From contig DHDH01000001.1 in the NCBI GenBank assembly GCA_002399235.1, positions 24,594-88,593 of the forward strand: a DNA stretch of 64,000 nt. Reading direction: 5' to 3'. Positions 28,602 through 38,208 of this stretch are shown one piece after another. The notes beneath the pieces were generated by a model. It did not search any database. It had not been told where the DNA came from and saw nothing but the letters and a program-made list of their open reading frames with translations. Positions within the stretch are counted from its first letter, which is position 1. Every line of letters starts with the position of its first letter. The position numbers and the translations under genes were made by a program. This DNA is from Firmicutes bacterium UBA4881 (GTDB taxonomy: Bacteria; Bacillota; DTU065).

Positions 28602-31600
28602 ATGCATTATATTTGGGCGTTAGTTTTATTCTTGCTTCTTTCGTCTCCGATTTTAGCTACTGATGTGGTGCCTAAAGTAGGAGTTTATATTAGTAAAGAA
28701 GATATTATTAATGCTAGAGAGTTAGCTAACACTAAAGGATGGGCGAAAGCGGAAAAGGATAGAATTATTGCTGTAGCTGATAAGTGGGTTGATGTACCTG
28801 ATGAATATATTAGAAGTATAATGCCCCAGGAAAGAGCAATTTTTGCTTATGGTATAGCTGGTTGCCCAGATCATAATGTTACCTGGACCAATTTTGGTGG
28901 CAATGGTATTGCTGATCTTTCCCAGCCTCTAACTTTAAAATGTCCTGCTGGGCATATTATTGACTTTAATAACCCCGAGAGTAAATACTACGATAGTGGT
29001 AACGGTGTATATATCGATAACAGGCGTTTCTTCTTCCGTGGGGTATGGAATGCCTTTGTTGTCGATACTTTCACAGGCCAAGGATCGGATGCAGGTGCCC
29101 TACATCAACTAGCCTATGCTTATGCTTTAACTGGAGAGGACCAATATGCTAAAAAAGCAGCTATTATTTTTGATGCTCTAGCTCATCTATCTCCCACTAC
29201 TAAAGGACCTCGAGATTTCCATGTAGATGATAAGGCTATAGCTGGTAGATTACATTTTTTAACTTCAATAGTTCATCGCTCCAAAGTGCATTTTGTCCGA
29301 AGTTTTGATCTACTATACAATAATCCTGCTATGCAGGCTAAATCTTATTATAACGATCAGACTATTGCTCAAAATGTAGCTAAAGGTATTTTAGAGGATT
29401 ATATGTTTGTAGAGTTTGATCTGAGAAATGGTAAGCTGACAACGATGCATAATCATGAATCAGATGAATTGAGAGGTATGCTAGCTACAGGTTTAGTACT
29501 TGGTAATCCCGATTATATCCGGTGGGGAATTCAAGCTGCTTCTTATTTTTTCGAAAACACAATAGATCGAGATGGCCTTTACTACGAAGGCTCTCCTTCA
29601 TATGCGAATTTTACGCAGACAGTGTTTTCTGATATTGCTGAGTTGGCTTATTATTACAATCCAGAGAACTATGATCTAGAGGGTTTACCAGAGAGAGTAA
29701 ACTTTTATGATCACCCTAAACTTAGGGAGTTTTTAGCTGAGATGAGAAATAAATTAGATATTGCTGGCCACTTTGCGAGTTATGGTAATGCTTCTTCTGA
29801 TAGATTAAGGATTGAGGTGGGAGCAAGAACCATTGATGGTAAAGAATTTCTTTTACTAGATCAGCTCTACCACCGGACTGAAATTCCTGAGTTAAAAGAG
29901 ATTTATAAAGAAAAGGTTTTAGAGTATAGCCAAGGAAATCCTGACCAAAGGCGTTCAGGAACCTGGGCACTATTCCATGTAAAACCGGAGGCTTACCCAG
30001 AGGTAGAACGTTTTCGTCAGACAGATCAAGCGAAAACAGCTTATTACGCGGGACCTAGTTTAGCTATTTTAGGCTCCGGAGAAGGCAGAGAAAGGCGAGG
30101 CCTGCTACTAAGAGGCGGACCGAATCTACCTCACTCTCATGATGATGCACTAGCCCTTTTTTACTATGATAAAGGTTACCTCTTAACCCAAGATAATGGT
30201 TACAACATCTTTGGTTCACCTCTGCATTCAGGCTGGGGCTCCCAAGCTGTGAGCCACAACCTAGTTGTAGTTGATAATGATAAATATCGTAAAGGGTGGT
30301 ATAAAAACACTCCAGGAGCAGAAATCTTAGGTTTTGCCAATTTAGATGGACTCAAGTATGTTCATCTAGACGCACCTTACCAGTTCCCAACTTCAGCATT
30401 TATTAAGGAATATAGCAGGCAGACTGCTCTGATCGATATCGATAATAGAAATTCTTATGTTGTTGATGTCTTTACTGTGAGAGGTGGCCAAAGACATGAT
30501 TATGTTTTCCACACCGCAGCACCAATTTTAGAAACCGATTTAGAGTTTAATGAAATTGAAGGTGTTTGGACTTTAGGTGGTTTAGATTACCCCGAAGCTA
30601 GTTTCAATAAAGAAGGCCAAAGCTGGGGCGAAAGAATATTGCCTGGCGATATGATTAAAGATATTGGTATTCCTAGCGAAGGTGTCAAATCAATGTACTG
30701 GAATCCAGCACCACAAAATGGATATGGTTTTATTTACAAATTGCAAGCAGGTACCTTAGAAGAAAATATGATTGAAGCGCGCTTCAAGTTTTATGATGGT
30801 ACTGATACCACCTTAACCAATAGGTTATTCTTCGATAGGGAGAGTAAACTTTATAAAGGTCTCGGGCCTAATTTGGCTGGCAAAGAAAAATACCCCTATC
30901 TTATTCTTAGAAGCGAAGCTTCCAAGAATTTAGAGAGTAGAGTTATATCTATAATGGACGCTTCTTTTGGAAGCTCAAACTTAGAAGAAGTAAACAGAGT
31001 AGATAACAACGCCTTCGAAATAGCCTTTTACGATGGCCAGAAACACTATCTCCTCTTAAATGGTGGGAAGTCTAATACACCAATTGGATCTGTAACAAGT
31101 ACTGCTGAACTCGCGTTGGTAAAATTTGCTGATAATGAGCTTAAAGAAATTTTATTGGTAGGTGGCGGTTTATTACAGGTAAATGATCAACCTCTACTAG
31201 AGAACAAAGTTCAAGAAGTAGAAATTATGGCTGTCGACTATAATAAGTCGGAGATAACATTGGCAGGACATTTAGAAAGCCAAAAAGGTGAGCTCGTAGC
31301 GATTGATAGCCGAAGTTATGTTCGTAATACAACCTACACTATTAAAGAAGTTAAGTATGAAGATAATAAAACAATTCTTGCTCTAGAAGGTTCACTGGTT
31401 TTAGCCAAAGGAAAAGTAGAAAAAGGAACTAGACATTTAACTTTAAATGTACCTTTACCAACAGGATTTTCTTATTCCGATTCTACTCGCTATTTAAATG
31501 GCAAATTGTTTATTAGAGAAAAAACAGGTGAAGGACAGAAGATAAAATCTGTAACAGGTTTTAAAGCAGTTTCTATCAATAGTGATATACCTTTTGAGCC

Positions 31601-31679
31601 TCAAGATAGTTTTCTCATAGTTGATATCAAAGTTGGCGATATACTTACTACACTACCAAAATTGCACTGGACTAAGTAA
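28602..31679 (+). CDS. secreted polysaccharide lyase-like protein (heparinase II/III-like)
   Basis: Signal peptide. The central motif PHSHDDALALFYYDKGY resembles the HxHxDxxSF signature of heparinase II/III-like lyases (PL12/15/17/21 type). Large extra C-terminal β-rich region. Family call is from memory. Confidence 0.45.
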   Translation: MHYIWALVLFLLLSSPILATDVVPKVGVYISKEDIINARELANTKGWAKAEKDRIIAVADKWVDVPDEYIRSIMPQERAIFAYGIAGCPDHNVTWTNFGGNGIADLSQPLTLKCPAGHIIDFNNPESKYYDSGNGVYIDNRRFFFRGVWNAFVVDTFTGQGSDAGALHQLAYAYALTGEDQYAKKAAIIFDALAHLSPTTKGPRDFHVDDKAIAGRLHFLTSIVHRSKVHFVRSFDLLYNNPAMQAKSYYNDQTIAQNVAKGILEDYMFVEFDLRNGKLTTMHNHESDELRGMLATGLVLGNPDYIRWGIQAASYFFENTIDRDGLYYEGSPSYANFTQTVFSDIAELAYYYNPENYDLEGLPERVNFYDHPKLREFLAEMRNKLDIAGHFASYGNASSDRLRIEVGARTIDGKEFLLLDQLYHRTEIPELKEIYKEKVLEYSQGNPDQRRSGTWALFHVKPEAYPEVERFRQTDQAKTAYYAGPSLAILGSGEGRERRGLLLRGGPNLPHSHDDALALFYYDKGYLLTQDNGYNIFGSPLHSGWGSQAVSHNLVVVDNDKYRKGWYKNTPGAEILGFANLDGLKYVHLDAPYQFPTSAFIKEYSRQTALIDIDNRNSYVVDVFTVRGGQRHDYVFHTAAPILETDLEFNEIEGVWTLGGLDYPEASFNKEGQSWGERILPGDMIKDIGIPSEGVKSMYWNPAPQNGYGFIYKLQAGTLEENMIEARFKFYDGTDTTLTNRLFFDRESKLYKGLGPNLAGKEKYPYLILRSEASKNLESRVISIMDASFGSSNLEEVNRVDNNAFEIAFYDGQKHYLLLNGGKSNTPIGSVTSTAELALVKFADNELKEILLVGGGLLQVNDQPLLENKVQEVEIMAVDYNKSEITLAGHLESQKGELVAIDSRSYVRNTTYTIKEVKYEDNKTILALEGSLVLAKGKVEKGTRHLTLNVPLPTGFSYSDSTRYLNGKLFIREKTGEGQKIKSVTGFKAVSINSDIPFEPQDSFLIVDIKVGDILTTLPKLHWTK

Positions 31680-31685
31680 CAACAA

Positions 31686-31717
31686 GGAGGCAGACCTTAG
31701 GTCTGCCTCCTATTTAT
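31686..31717 (+). terminator. rho-independent terminator
   Basis: GGAGGCAGACC-TTA-GGTCTGCCTCC followed by TATTTAT. Confidence 0.65.
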
Positions 31718-31918
31718 CTATCTTTTACAGTAGAGACAAAAAATCTGGATTTGAGGCGTTATCTAACTAAGTAGACCAAGCACAAATGGCTATTAGAAGG
31801 CATAAAATTAATACTAGCTTGATTAGAGAAAATAAGTAACTACCTTAATTTTGTTCTGAGAACTTTCGTTATGATTAGCACTGAGGGTTAAAAATAAAAA
31901 ATTAGGGAAGTGAGCTAG

Positions 31919-32194
31919 ATGACACCTAAGGAAGAGTTATATTCGTTATTAAAGCATTATCATGCTAACGCCTGTAGTACAAAAACCTTTTGTGATCAGT
32001 TTACAGTTATCTACCATTTGGAGCTTAATAAGGGGATTTTAACTCCTTTAGAGCAAAAGTTATTTAAAGAACTTGTCGATATTGCCACCCGCTATGTTCC
32101 TGGTAAATCAGAAGCTCAAGCCACAGGTATTTTTACTAGTGAAAAAAGAGTTAAGGATAAAGCAGAAGAAGTTTATAAAAGTTTAATAAGCTAA
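31919..32194 (+). CDS. small hypothetical protein (91 aa)
   Basis: RBS GGGAAGTGAG before the ATG. No signal peptide and no recognisable domain. Standalone between two terminated units. Confidence 0.4.
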   Translation: MTPKEELYSLLKHYHANACSTKTFCDQFTVIYHLELNKGILTPLEQKLFKELVDIATRYVPGKSEAQATGIFTSEKRVKDKAEEVYKSLIS

Positions 32195-32282
32195 ACTAAC
32201 TCTTGTTTTAACTTTTTAAAAAAATTTAAGAACGCAATTTGGGAATATTACATCATATACCTAGGGTTAAATGACCTATAGC

Positions 32283-32317
32283 TTTCTTGATATTAATCGA
32301 GAAAGCTATATTTTTTG
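32283..32317. repeat. near-perfect inverted repeat ATAGCTTTCTTGA-N9-TCGAGAAAGCTAT
   Basis: Seen directly in the sequence, about 260 nt upstream of efflux operon 2. One mismatch in 13-bp arms. Confidence 0.35.
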
Positions 32318-32578
32318 GAGTAAGATTGGCAGTTATTTGGTTAGTAACAGTGGGTTTTCTTTAAATTTAGTTAAGGGACAAGACTAAAGACAATCCATTC
32401 AAATATATATAAATTGAATGCAGGCAATAGATAGTAGACATCAGAGCAAAATAAATATTTTAATAATTTGTAATATAGGATGTAACTTTTTCTAAATTAA
32501 ACCGTTTCTATAATAGAAGGATAAACTTAAAAATTTTTTACAGAAAACTAACCCCATAACCAAAGGAGTGTGAGATGA

Positions 32579-33877
32579 ATGAGTTTTAGTGACTTGTTAA
32601 GGTTAAGTAGTAAACAGTTAAGAGCAAGAAAAATTGAGACGATGTTGATTGTTTTAGCTGTAGCCTTAAGTGTTCTAGTTTTAGCTGTAATTCTCTCCCC
32701 CCTTTATGTTAGTAGATTACCTGTAAAAGACATTAGAGATTTTATTGTGACAGTTAATCAAAGTGCATCTAATATTAACAATGAACTTTTAAATGGTTCC
32801 GGTTTTCCTTTAATTCGCTATGATATTCCCGATGATCCTAGTTCACATAGACTAACTATAGAAGAAGTTGAAGAGATCTTTCAAGCGATTCCAGAAAGTA
32901 AGTTTTATTTCTCAGGTAGTAGATCAGGTTCTAGAATAAGAGGTTATAATCAGTATCTTCCCTCATCCTTTTCCCAAAGTTCTAATATAGGATATCAGGG
33001 TGGTATGCTATCGCTTACGCCTTTAACCCCCGAGGCGATTTATGGGCTAGAACTTAAATTAGCATCTGGTTCGCTCTATACAAAAGAAGATTATCTAAAT
33101 AACAAACCTTATATCATTCTCGGCTCAGATTTAGCTAAAAGTTTATTTCCAAGCGAAAATCCCATTGGCAAAACCGTTGAAACTATATCTGTGAACTCTC
33201 CTACCTTTACGGTTTTAGGAGTATTAGAACCAGTTTCTTTTGACTCGGATGATAAAAAATATAGTGCTGTCAACAATCTTCTTAAAGACATTAATCAAAT
33301 GGCTATTAGTAGCTATACAAGTGTGATTCCTCCTGAACAAGGACCAACTTATAGTGTTGTATTATTCTACCCTAAAACCCCCTCTCTAAAATTACAAAAT
33401 CAGATTGCATCTTATCTTAAAAAACACTATAAAGGCTTCTTTAATGCTTCTTGTCCCTATGCTTTGTATAGTTCAGCGATGAAGAATTGGCAAAAATCTT
33501 ACCTTGTTCTAGGCATAATCGCTACTTTAATTCTACTCATTGCTTGTATAAATATTATGAATTTGTTTTTTGTTCGTATTGCCAAACAAAATAGAAGCAT
33601 TGGTCTGAATGTGGCTCTTGGTGCAACTAAAAAGACCATATTTTCTCAATACCTAGTTACTGCAATCATACAAGGTCTACTTGGTGGTTTTCTAGGTGTT
33701 TTAATTTTTTGGTGTATCTCTAAAACTGGCCTTAGGCAAACTTTCCATCTTGTTTTCAATATTCAAGCAATCCTTTGGGGTATTGCTTCTGGTATTTTTA
33801 TGAGCTTAGTTTTCGGTATCTATCCAGCAGTAGTAGCAGCGAGTACAAGTCCTGTTGATGCTCTCCGAATGGAATAA
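32579..33877 (+). CDS. ABC transporter permease, MacB-like periplasmic domain plus FtsX domain
   Basis: Paralog of 15021..16295. C-terminus ..AASTSPVDALRME. Confidence 0.75.
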   Translation: MSFSDLLRLSSKQLRARKIETMLIVLAVALSVLVLAVILSPLYVSRLPVKDIRDFIVTVNQSASNINNELLNGSGFPLIRYDIPDDPSSHRLTIEEVEEIFQAIPESKFYFSGSRSGSRIRGYNQYLPSSFSQSSNIGYQGGMLSLTPLTPEAIYGLELKLASGSLYTKEDYLNNKPYIILGSDLAKSLFPSENPIGKTVETISVNSPTFTVLGVLEPVSFDSDDKKYSAVNNLLKDINQMAISSYTSVIPPEQGPTYSVVLFYPKTPSLKLQNQIASYLKKHYKGFFNASCPYALYSSAMKNWQKSYLVLGIIATLILLIACINIMNLFFVRIAKQNRSIGLNVALGATKKTIFSQYLVTAIIQGLLGGFLGVLIFWCISKTGLRQTFHLVFNIQAILWGIASGIFMSLVFGIYPAVVAASTSPVDALRME

Positions 33878-33896
33878 ACTTAGGAGGTGTATATCA

Positions 33897-35147
33897 GTGT
33901 CGATTTTTCGCAAAGGACTATACCTGTTTAAGAAAGATTCCGTAAGAACTATTCTCACAGTTAGTCAATTTGCCTTGGGAATAGCGGTAGCTTTAATTGT
34001 AGTAAATATAAGCGTAAGCTTAAGTAGATTTACTTTAGAAGCACAGACCTATTTTAACCCTGATTTTGGTATCTACACCGCCTCGTCAAATACAAGTTTA
34101 CTTGGTCCTATTACTAATAGTTATGGTCGTCCACTACCTCCACCGCAATTTGCTGACCAAATTAGCCTTGATTCTAGTGTAATAGCAGCAACTAATTTGC
34201 TTCGAGACAACAAAAAAATTACTGCTAACGGTATTAGCTATATCACAATAACTCACCAGGGTATCTCTACTTTACCTGAAGTAATCCCCATAAAATTTCT
34301 GCATGGGTCGTATTTTTCCGAAGATGAAGAGAATAACCAGGTTGCAGTTATCTCTGAGTCATTAGCTCGAGCTCTTTTTGGCCAAACCAATGTAATTGGT
34401 AAAAAAATAATGACCGAGAAATACACCTACACTCCATTTTATAGTTCCATGAAATATCCTCAAACAGAATACACAATAGTAGGAGTCTACCAAGATTTTC
34501 CCTTTATAGCTAGACAGGTTTTAGATAAGATTAACTTTATTCATACCAAAGCGGAAGATAATACTATTATCCAAAGTGCTGGGACAATTTACCTTAAAGC
34601 ACAGAAAGATAGATTAGTTGAGGCTGAAAAAGTATTAGAAAAGTTAGCTAAAGATTACTACGGTGAAGAGGCTAAGATCCAGCCAATTAATATCAAAGAG
34701 AAAATATCTTATAGTCTGGCTAGAGGCTTATCGTTAAAGAACCACTTTAACCTTATTGCTATTTTTGCTGTAATTGTGAGCTCTATTGGTATCCTTAGTG
34801 TGATGGTTGCTTTTGTAGCTGATAGAGCTAAAGAAATCGGTGTAAAGCGAGCTTTAGGAGCTAGCAAAGCGACTATCTTTCTGGAGATAATAATGAATAC
34901 ATTATACTTAACATCTTTTGGTGCTATAATTGGCATTTTGATTGCTTTACTCACCTCGCCAATTTTATATGCAGAGTTAACAGATTCTATATCGCAATTA
35001 CAGACCTTTAGTAGTACTGATTTTGCTCTCTTACCAAGTTCAATTCTTATAGTATTCTTAGCAGCCTGTCTAATAGGCGTTGTCTTTGGTATCTATCCTG
35101 CATTGCTGGCAGCGAATCTTCCTCCATCAGAAGCTTTACGGGAATGA
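33897..35147 (+). CDS. ABC transporter permease, MacB-like periplasmic domain plus FtsX domain
   Basis: GTG start 33897, 8 nt after AGGAGGTG, immediately following the previous stop. Paralog of 13775..15004. C-terminus ..AANLPPSEALRE. Confidence 0.7.
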   Translation: MSIFRKGLYLFKKDSVRTILTVSQFALGIAVALIVVNISVSLSRFTLEAQTYFNPDFGIYTASSNTSLLGPITNSYGRPLPPPQFADQISLDSSVIAATNLLRDNKKITANGISYITITHQGISTLPEVIPIKFLHGSYFSEDEENNQVAVISESLARALFGQTNVIGKKIMTEKYTYTPFYSSMKYPQTEYTIVGVYQDFPFIARQVLDKINFIHTKAEDNTIIQSAGTIYLKAQKDRLVEAEKVLEKLAKDYYGEEAKIQPINIKEKISYSLARGLSLKNHFNLIAIFAVIVSSIGILSVMVAFVADRAKEIGVKRALGASKATIFLEIIMNTLYLTSFGAIIGILIALLTSPILYAELTDSISQLQTFSSTDFALLPSSILIVFLAACLIGVVFGIYPALLAANLPPSEALRE

Positions 35148-35161
35148 GGGGTGAAGGTAAA

Positions 35162-36460
35162 TTGGATAAATACCAACCGATTATTAGGGAAAAACCGAAA
35201 AACCCGAGAAAAAGCCAGCAAACAAAGCTAATCCTGTTTATTCTTCTAGGTATCACGGTTTTAATAACGGTACCTATCTACTTGTTTCTACCTCAAAATC
35301 AAACTTATAAGCTTTACGATTATACTTACTCCACTGTTAAGACTAGGACTTTCCGCGAATATATAACTGTAGCTGGCCAGATTAACGCTCGTAAAGTAGT
35401 TAACCTTACTGCTCCATTTAAAGGTTGGCTAGAAGAGATCTATGTTAAAACTGGTGATTTGGTAGCTGAAGGTGATTTACTATTTAGGTTAGTTTCAGAT
35501 GACCTAGATAAAGAACTGGTAGAGGTAACCGAAAATCTAGCTAAAGCAACTAATGACTTGGAAAGATCTAAATTAGATCTCATGATCGAAACCCAAAGAT
35601 TTGCTAAAGATGCCAGGGAGCGCAATAACCAAATTAATCAGCTTGAATCTACATTGAAAGAAAAAGAAGCGCTTTTTGAACTAGGAGCCCTTAGTAAAAA
35701 AGAGTTAAATAATGCTATTGAAGCTTTTGAATCAGCAAAACTTGATCAAAGTATTAAACAATTGACTTCGGAAAAAACTCTTCTAGCTGCTAAAATGTCC
35801 TTAACAAATTCAGAAAAACAGTATCGCCTGGCTCAAGAAAAACTTGCTGAAATTAATCTCCTAATTAGTAATAAAGAAATTAAAAGTCCGATCGCAGGGA
35901 AGATATTAGAAACTACCGATCTAAAAGATTCTGAGGTTAATACAAGTAATATTCTCGCGAAGATTGCCACTATTAATAATCCTTATGTACAAATCTTCAT
36001 CCCTACTACAGAAAGCGAAAAGATAATAAATGGTTTACCTGTAACCATTAAAACAACAACCTCTAATTACAAAGGATATGTAGATAAAGTTGCTCTCAAT
36101 ATCCAAAACCATACAACCTTAGGTCCTACTGTTGTCGGGACTGTACTTTTTAAGGAAAACCCAGAATTTATCATTCCTGGTACCGAATGTAAAGTGGAGA
36201 TAGAACTAGGTAGTAGAGATAGTGTTTTGTATCTTCCCCGTGGTCCTTATATAAGTACAGGATCTAGTATGAATGCTTACACCATTAAAGATAATAAAGC
36301 AAACAAAACTCCAGTACGTTTAGGTGTTTTCGATGGTAGTGATGTAGAAATTATCGAAGGGTTAGAGGCTGGAGACGTTGTTATTACAAGTTCATATGAG
36401 GACTTTATCGAGTTTTACCAAATAGAGATAGATCCAAGAGGAGGGCGTAAAAATGATTAA
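35162..36460 (+). CDS. HlyD/MacA-family periplasmic adaptor
   Basis: TTG start after GAGGGGTGAAGG. The N-terminus DKYQPIIREKPKNPRKS aligns with KDKPIIINKPRPKKS of the operon-1 paralog. Coiled coil plus β-barrel domains. Confidence 0.7.
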   Translation: MDKYQPIIREKPKNPRKSQQTKLILFILLGITVLITVPIYLFLPQNQTYKLYDYTYSTVKTRTFREYITVAGQINARKVVNLTAPFKGWLEEIYVKTGDLVAEGDLLFRLVSDDLDKELVEVTENLAKATNDLERSKLDLMIETQRFAKDARERNNQINQLESTLKEKEALFELGALSKKELNNAIEAFESAKLDQSIKQLTSEKTLLAAKMSLTNSEKQYRLAQEKLAEINLLISNKEIKSPIAGKILETTDLKDSEVNTSNILAKIATINNPYVQIFIPTTESEKIINGLPVTIKTTTSNYKGYVDKVALNIQNHTTLGPTVVGTVLFKENPEFIIPGTECKVEIELGSRDSVLYLPRGPYISTGSSMNAYTIKDNKANKTPVRLGVFDGSDVEIIEGLEAGDVVITSSYEDFIEFYQIEIDPRGGRKND

Positions 36461-37178
36461 GTTAGACAACATTGTCAAGCTATATTCATTAGGCGATAAT
36501 ATTATTCGAGCTTTAGACGGAGTCACTCTATCTATTGAACGTGAAGATTTTATCTCCATAATGGGCCCATCTGGTTCTGGAAAGTCTACGTTGTTACACA
36601 TTTTAGGTTGTTTAGATCTACCCACAAGTGGTGCTTATTATCTAGAAGATGTAGATATATCCCACCTAAGTGATAAAGAAATATCGCGAATTCGCAATCA
36701 GCATTTTGGTTTTATTTTCCAAGCTTATAATTTGCTTCCAGAGTTAAACGCTTTAGAGAATGTTGAACTACCGATGATCTACAAAAAGATATCCCTTAAA
36801 GAGCGGAAAGAAATTGCTAAATCATTATTAGACAAAGTTGGTCTAGCACATCGCATAAAGCACTTCCCCTCACAATTATCAGGTGGAGAGCAACAAAGGG
36901 TAGCTATAGCTCGTGCACTTGCTAATAATCCTACTTTGATTCTTGCCGATGAACCTACTGGTAATTTGCCTAGCGAACATGGTGAAGAGATTATGGAAAT
37001 GCTGTGTCAGTTAAACGAAGAAAGCTCTACGATAATAGTTGTCACTCACGACCATAAAATCGGTTCTTATGCTAAAAAACTAATTCGATTAAAAGACGGT
37101 TTAATCGTCTATGAAAACGAGATAACAGAACGTTTTTCAGCTGAATATGTCTCGAAAATTGCTGCTTCCACAGTGTAG
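36453..37178 (+). CDS. ABC transporter ATP-binding protein (MacB/LolD-type)
   Basis: [37 protein letters not shown]. Its ATGATTAA start overlaps the HlyD stop, the same junction as in operon 1. Confidence 0.85.
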   Translation: MIKLDNIVKLYSLGDNIIRALDGVTLSIEREDFISIMGPSGSGKSTLLHILGCLDLPTSGAYYLEDVDISHLSDKEISRIRNQHFGFIFQAYNLLPELNALENVELPMIYKKISLKERKEIAKSLLDKVGLAHRIKHFPSQLSGGEQQRVAIARALANNPTLILADEPTGNLPSEHGEEIMEMLCQLNEESSTIIVVTHDHKIGSYAKKLIRLKDGLIVYENEITERFSAEYVSKIAASTV

Positions 37179-37188
37179 GAGGATGAAA

Positions 37189-38208
37189 ATGAGACATTTA
37201 GCTGTAATTATAAGTATCCTAGTGTTAAGTTTAAGCATGTCAGCAGAACTCCTTTCTTTAGATACGCTTATCGATGCAGCTGTTAAAATTTCGCCTAATA
37301 TTTTAAGTGCTGAGCTTACAATTGAAGATGCCGAGATCGAATTAAAACGTGCACTCTATAAAGAAACCACTCTACCTCCTAATACAATAAACGAAAAGAA
37401 AAAAGCTATTGAAAATGCCTGGTTTAACCTAGAAAAAACCAAAAAATTAGTTAATAAAGAGACTAGTAATATTGCTTTATCAGTTCTAAAAGCTCAACAT
37501 GGTCTAAGACAAAAAGAGATCTCCTTTTTAGAGGCTAAACGAGATCTAGAAATTGCAGTTGTAAAGTTTGATAGAGGAAGTATCTCCTTAAACGATCTGA
37601 TAGGTTTCGAAGATAAGTACACTTCTAGTAGTGATGCAAAAGAGCAAAGCAAAGAAACTTTAAAACTTGCTAAAGAAAAACTATGTCAACAGGTTGGTTT
37701 AGACTTTGACACAGAAATTGAAGTGGATTCTAAATTAGAGCCTCTGATCTTGAATATCTCTTTAGACGAGTTAATAGAAGCCAATAAGCGGTATGATTCT
37801 TCTTATCTTTCGGTAGTTAACTCTGTAAGTTTACGCGAAAGCGAACTAAAACAAATGCTCGAAGATAAAGAAGCTAATCTTACTATCCGCCAAAAAGAAA
37901 TTAGCCTAGAAAAAGCTAAGATTGATCTAAAAGCTAAAGAAAGTACGATTATCTCTAACTCCCGAACAACCTTATCGGCATATAACTCCCAGTTAAAAAA
38001 TCTAGAAAAGGCTGAAACTGAAGTTACAAAGGCTAAAAAACGTTTAAATGAAGCTTATAAGCAATACGAAGATGGTTTAATTACTTTAAATGACCTAGAA
38101 GACCGCCAATACCAAGAAGAGATAGCTTTAATGAAGCTTGTAGAAGCTAAATGGGACCTTCATTTAGCTAGTCTTTCGCTACAGATGGTTTTTGAAGGCG
38201 GTGATTGA
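37189..38208 (+). CDS. TolC-like outer-membrane efflux protein
   Basis: ATG 37189, 6 nt after TAGGAGG. Signal peptide MRHLAVIISILVLSLSMSA. Coiled-coil-rich. Confidence 0.6.
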   Translation: MRHLAVIISILVLSLSMSAELLSLDTLIDAAVKISPNILSAELTIEDAEIELKRALYKETTLPPNTINEKKKAIENAWFNLEKTKKLVNKETSNIALSVLKAQHGLRQKEISFLEAKRDLEIAVVKFDRGSISLNDLIGFEDKYTSSSDAKEQSKETLKLAKEKLCQQVGLDFDTEIEVDSKLEPLILNISLDELIEANKRYDSSYLSVVNSVSLRESELKQMLEDKEANLTIRQKEISLEKAKIDLKAKESTIISNSRTTLSAYNSQLKNLEKAETEVTKAKKRLNEAYKQYEDGLITLNDLEDRQYQEEIALMKLVEAKWDLHLASLSLQMVFEGGD

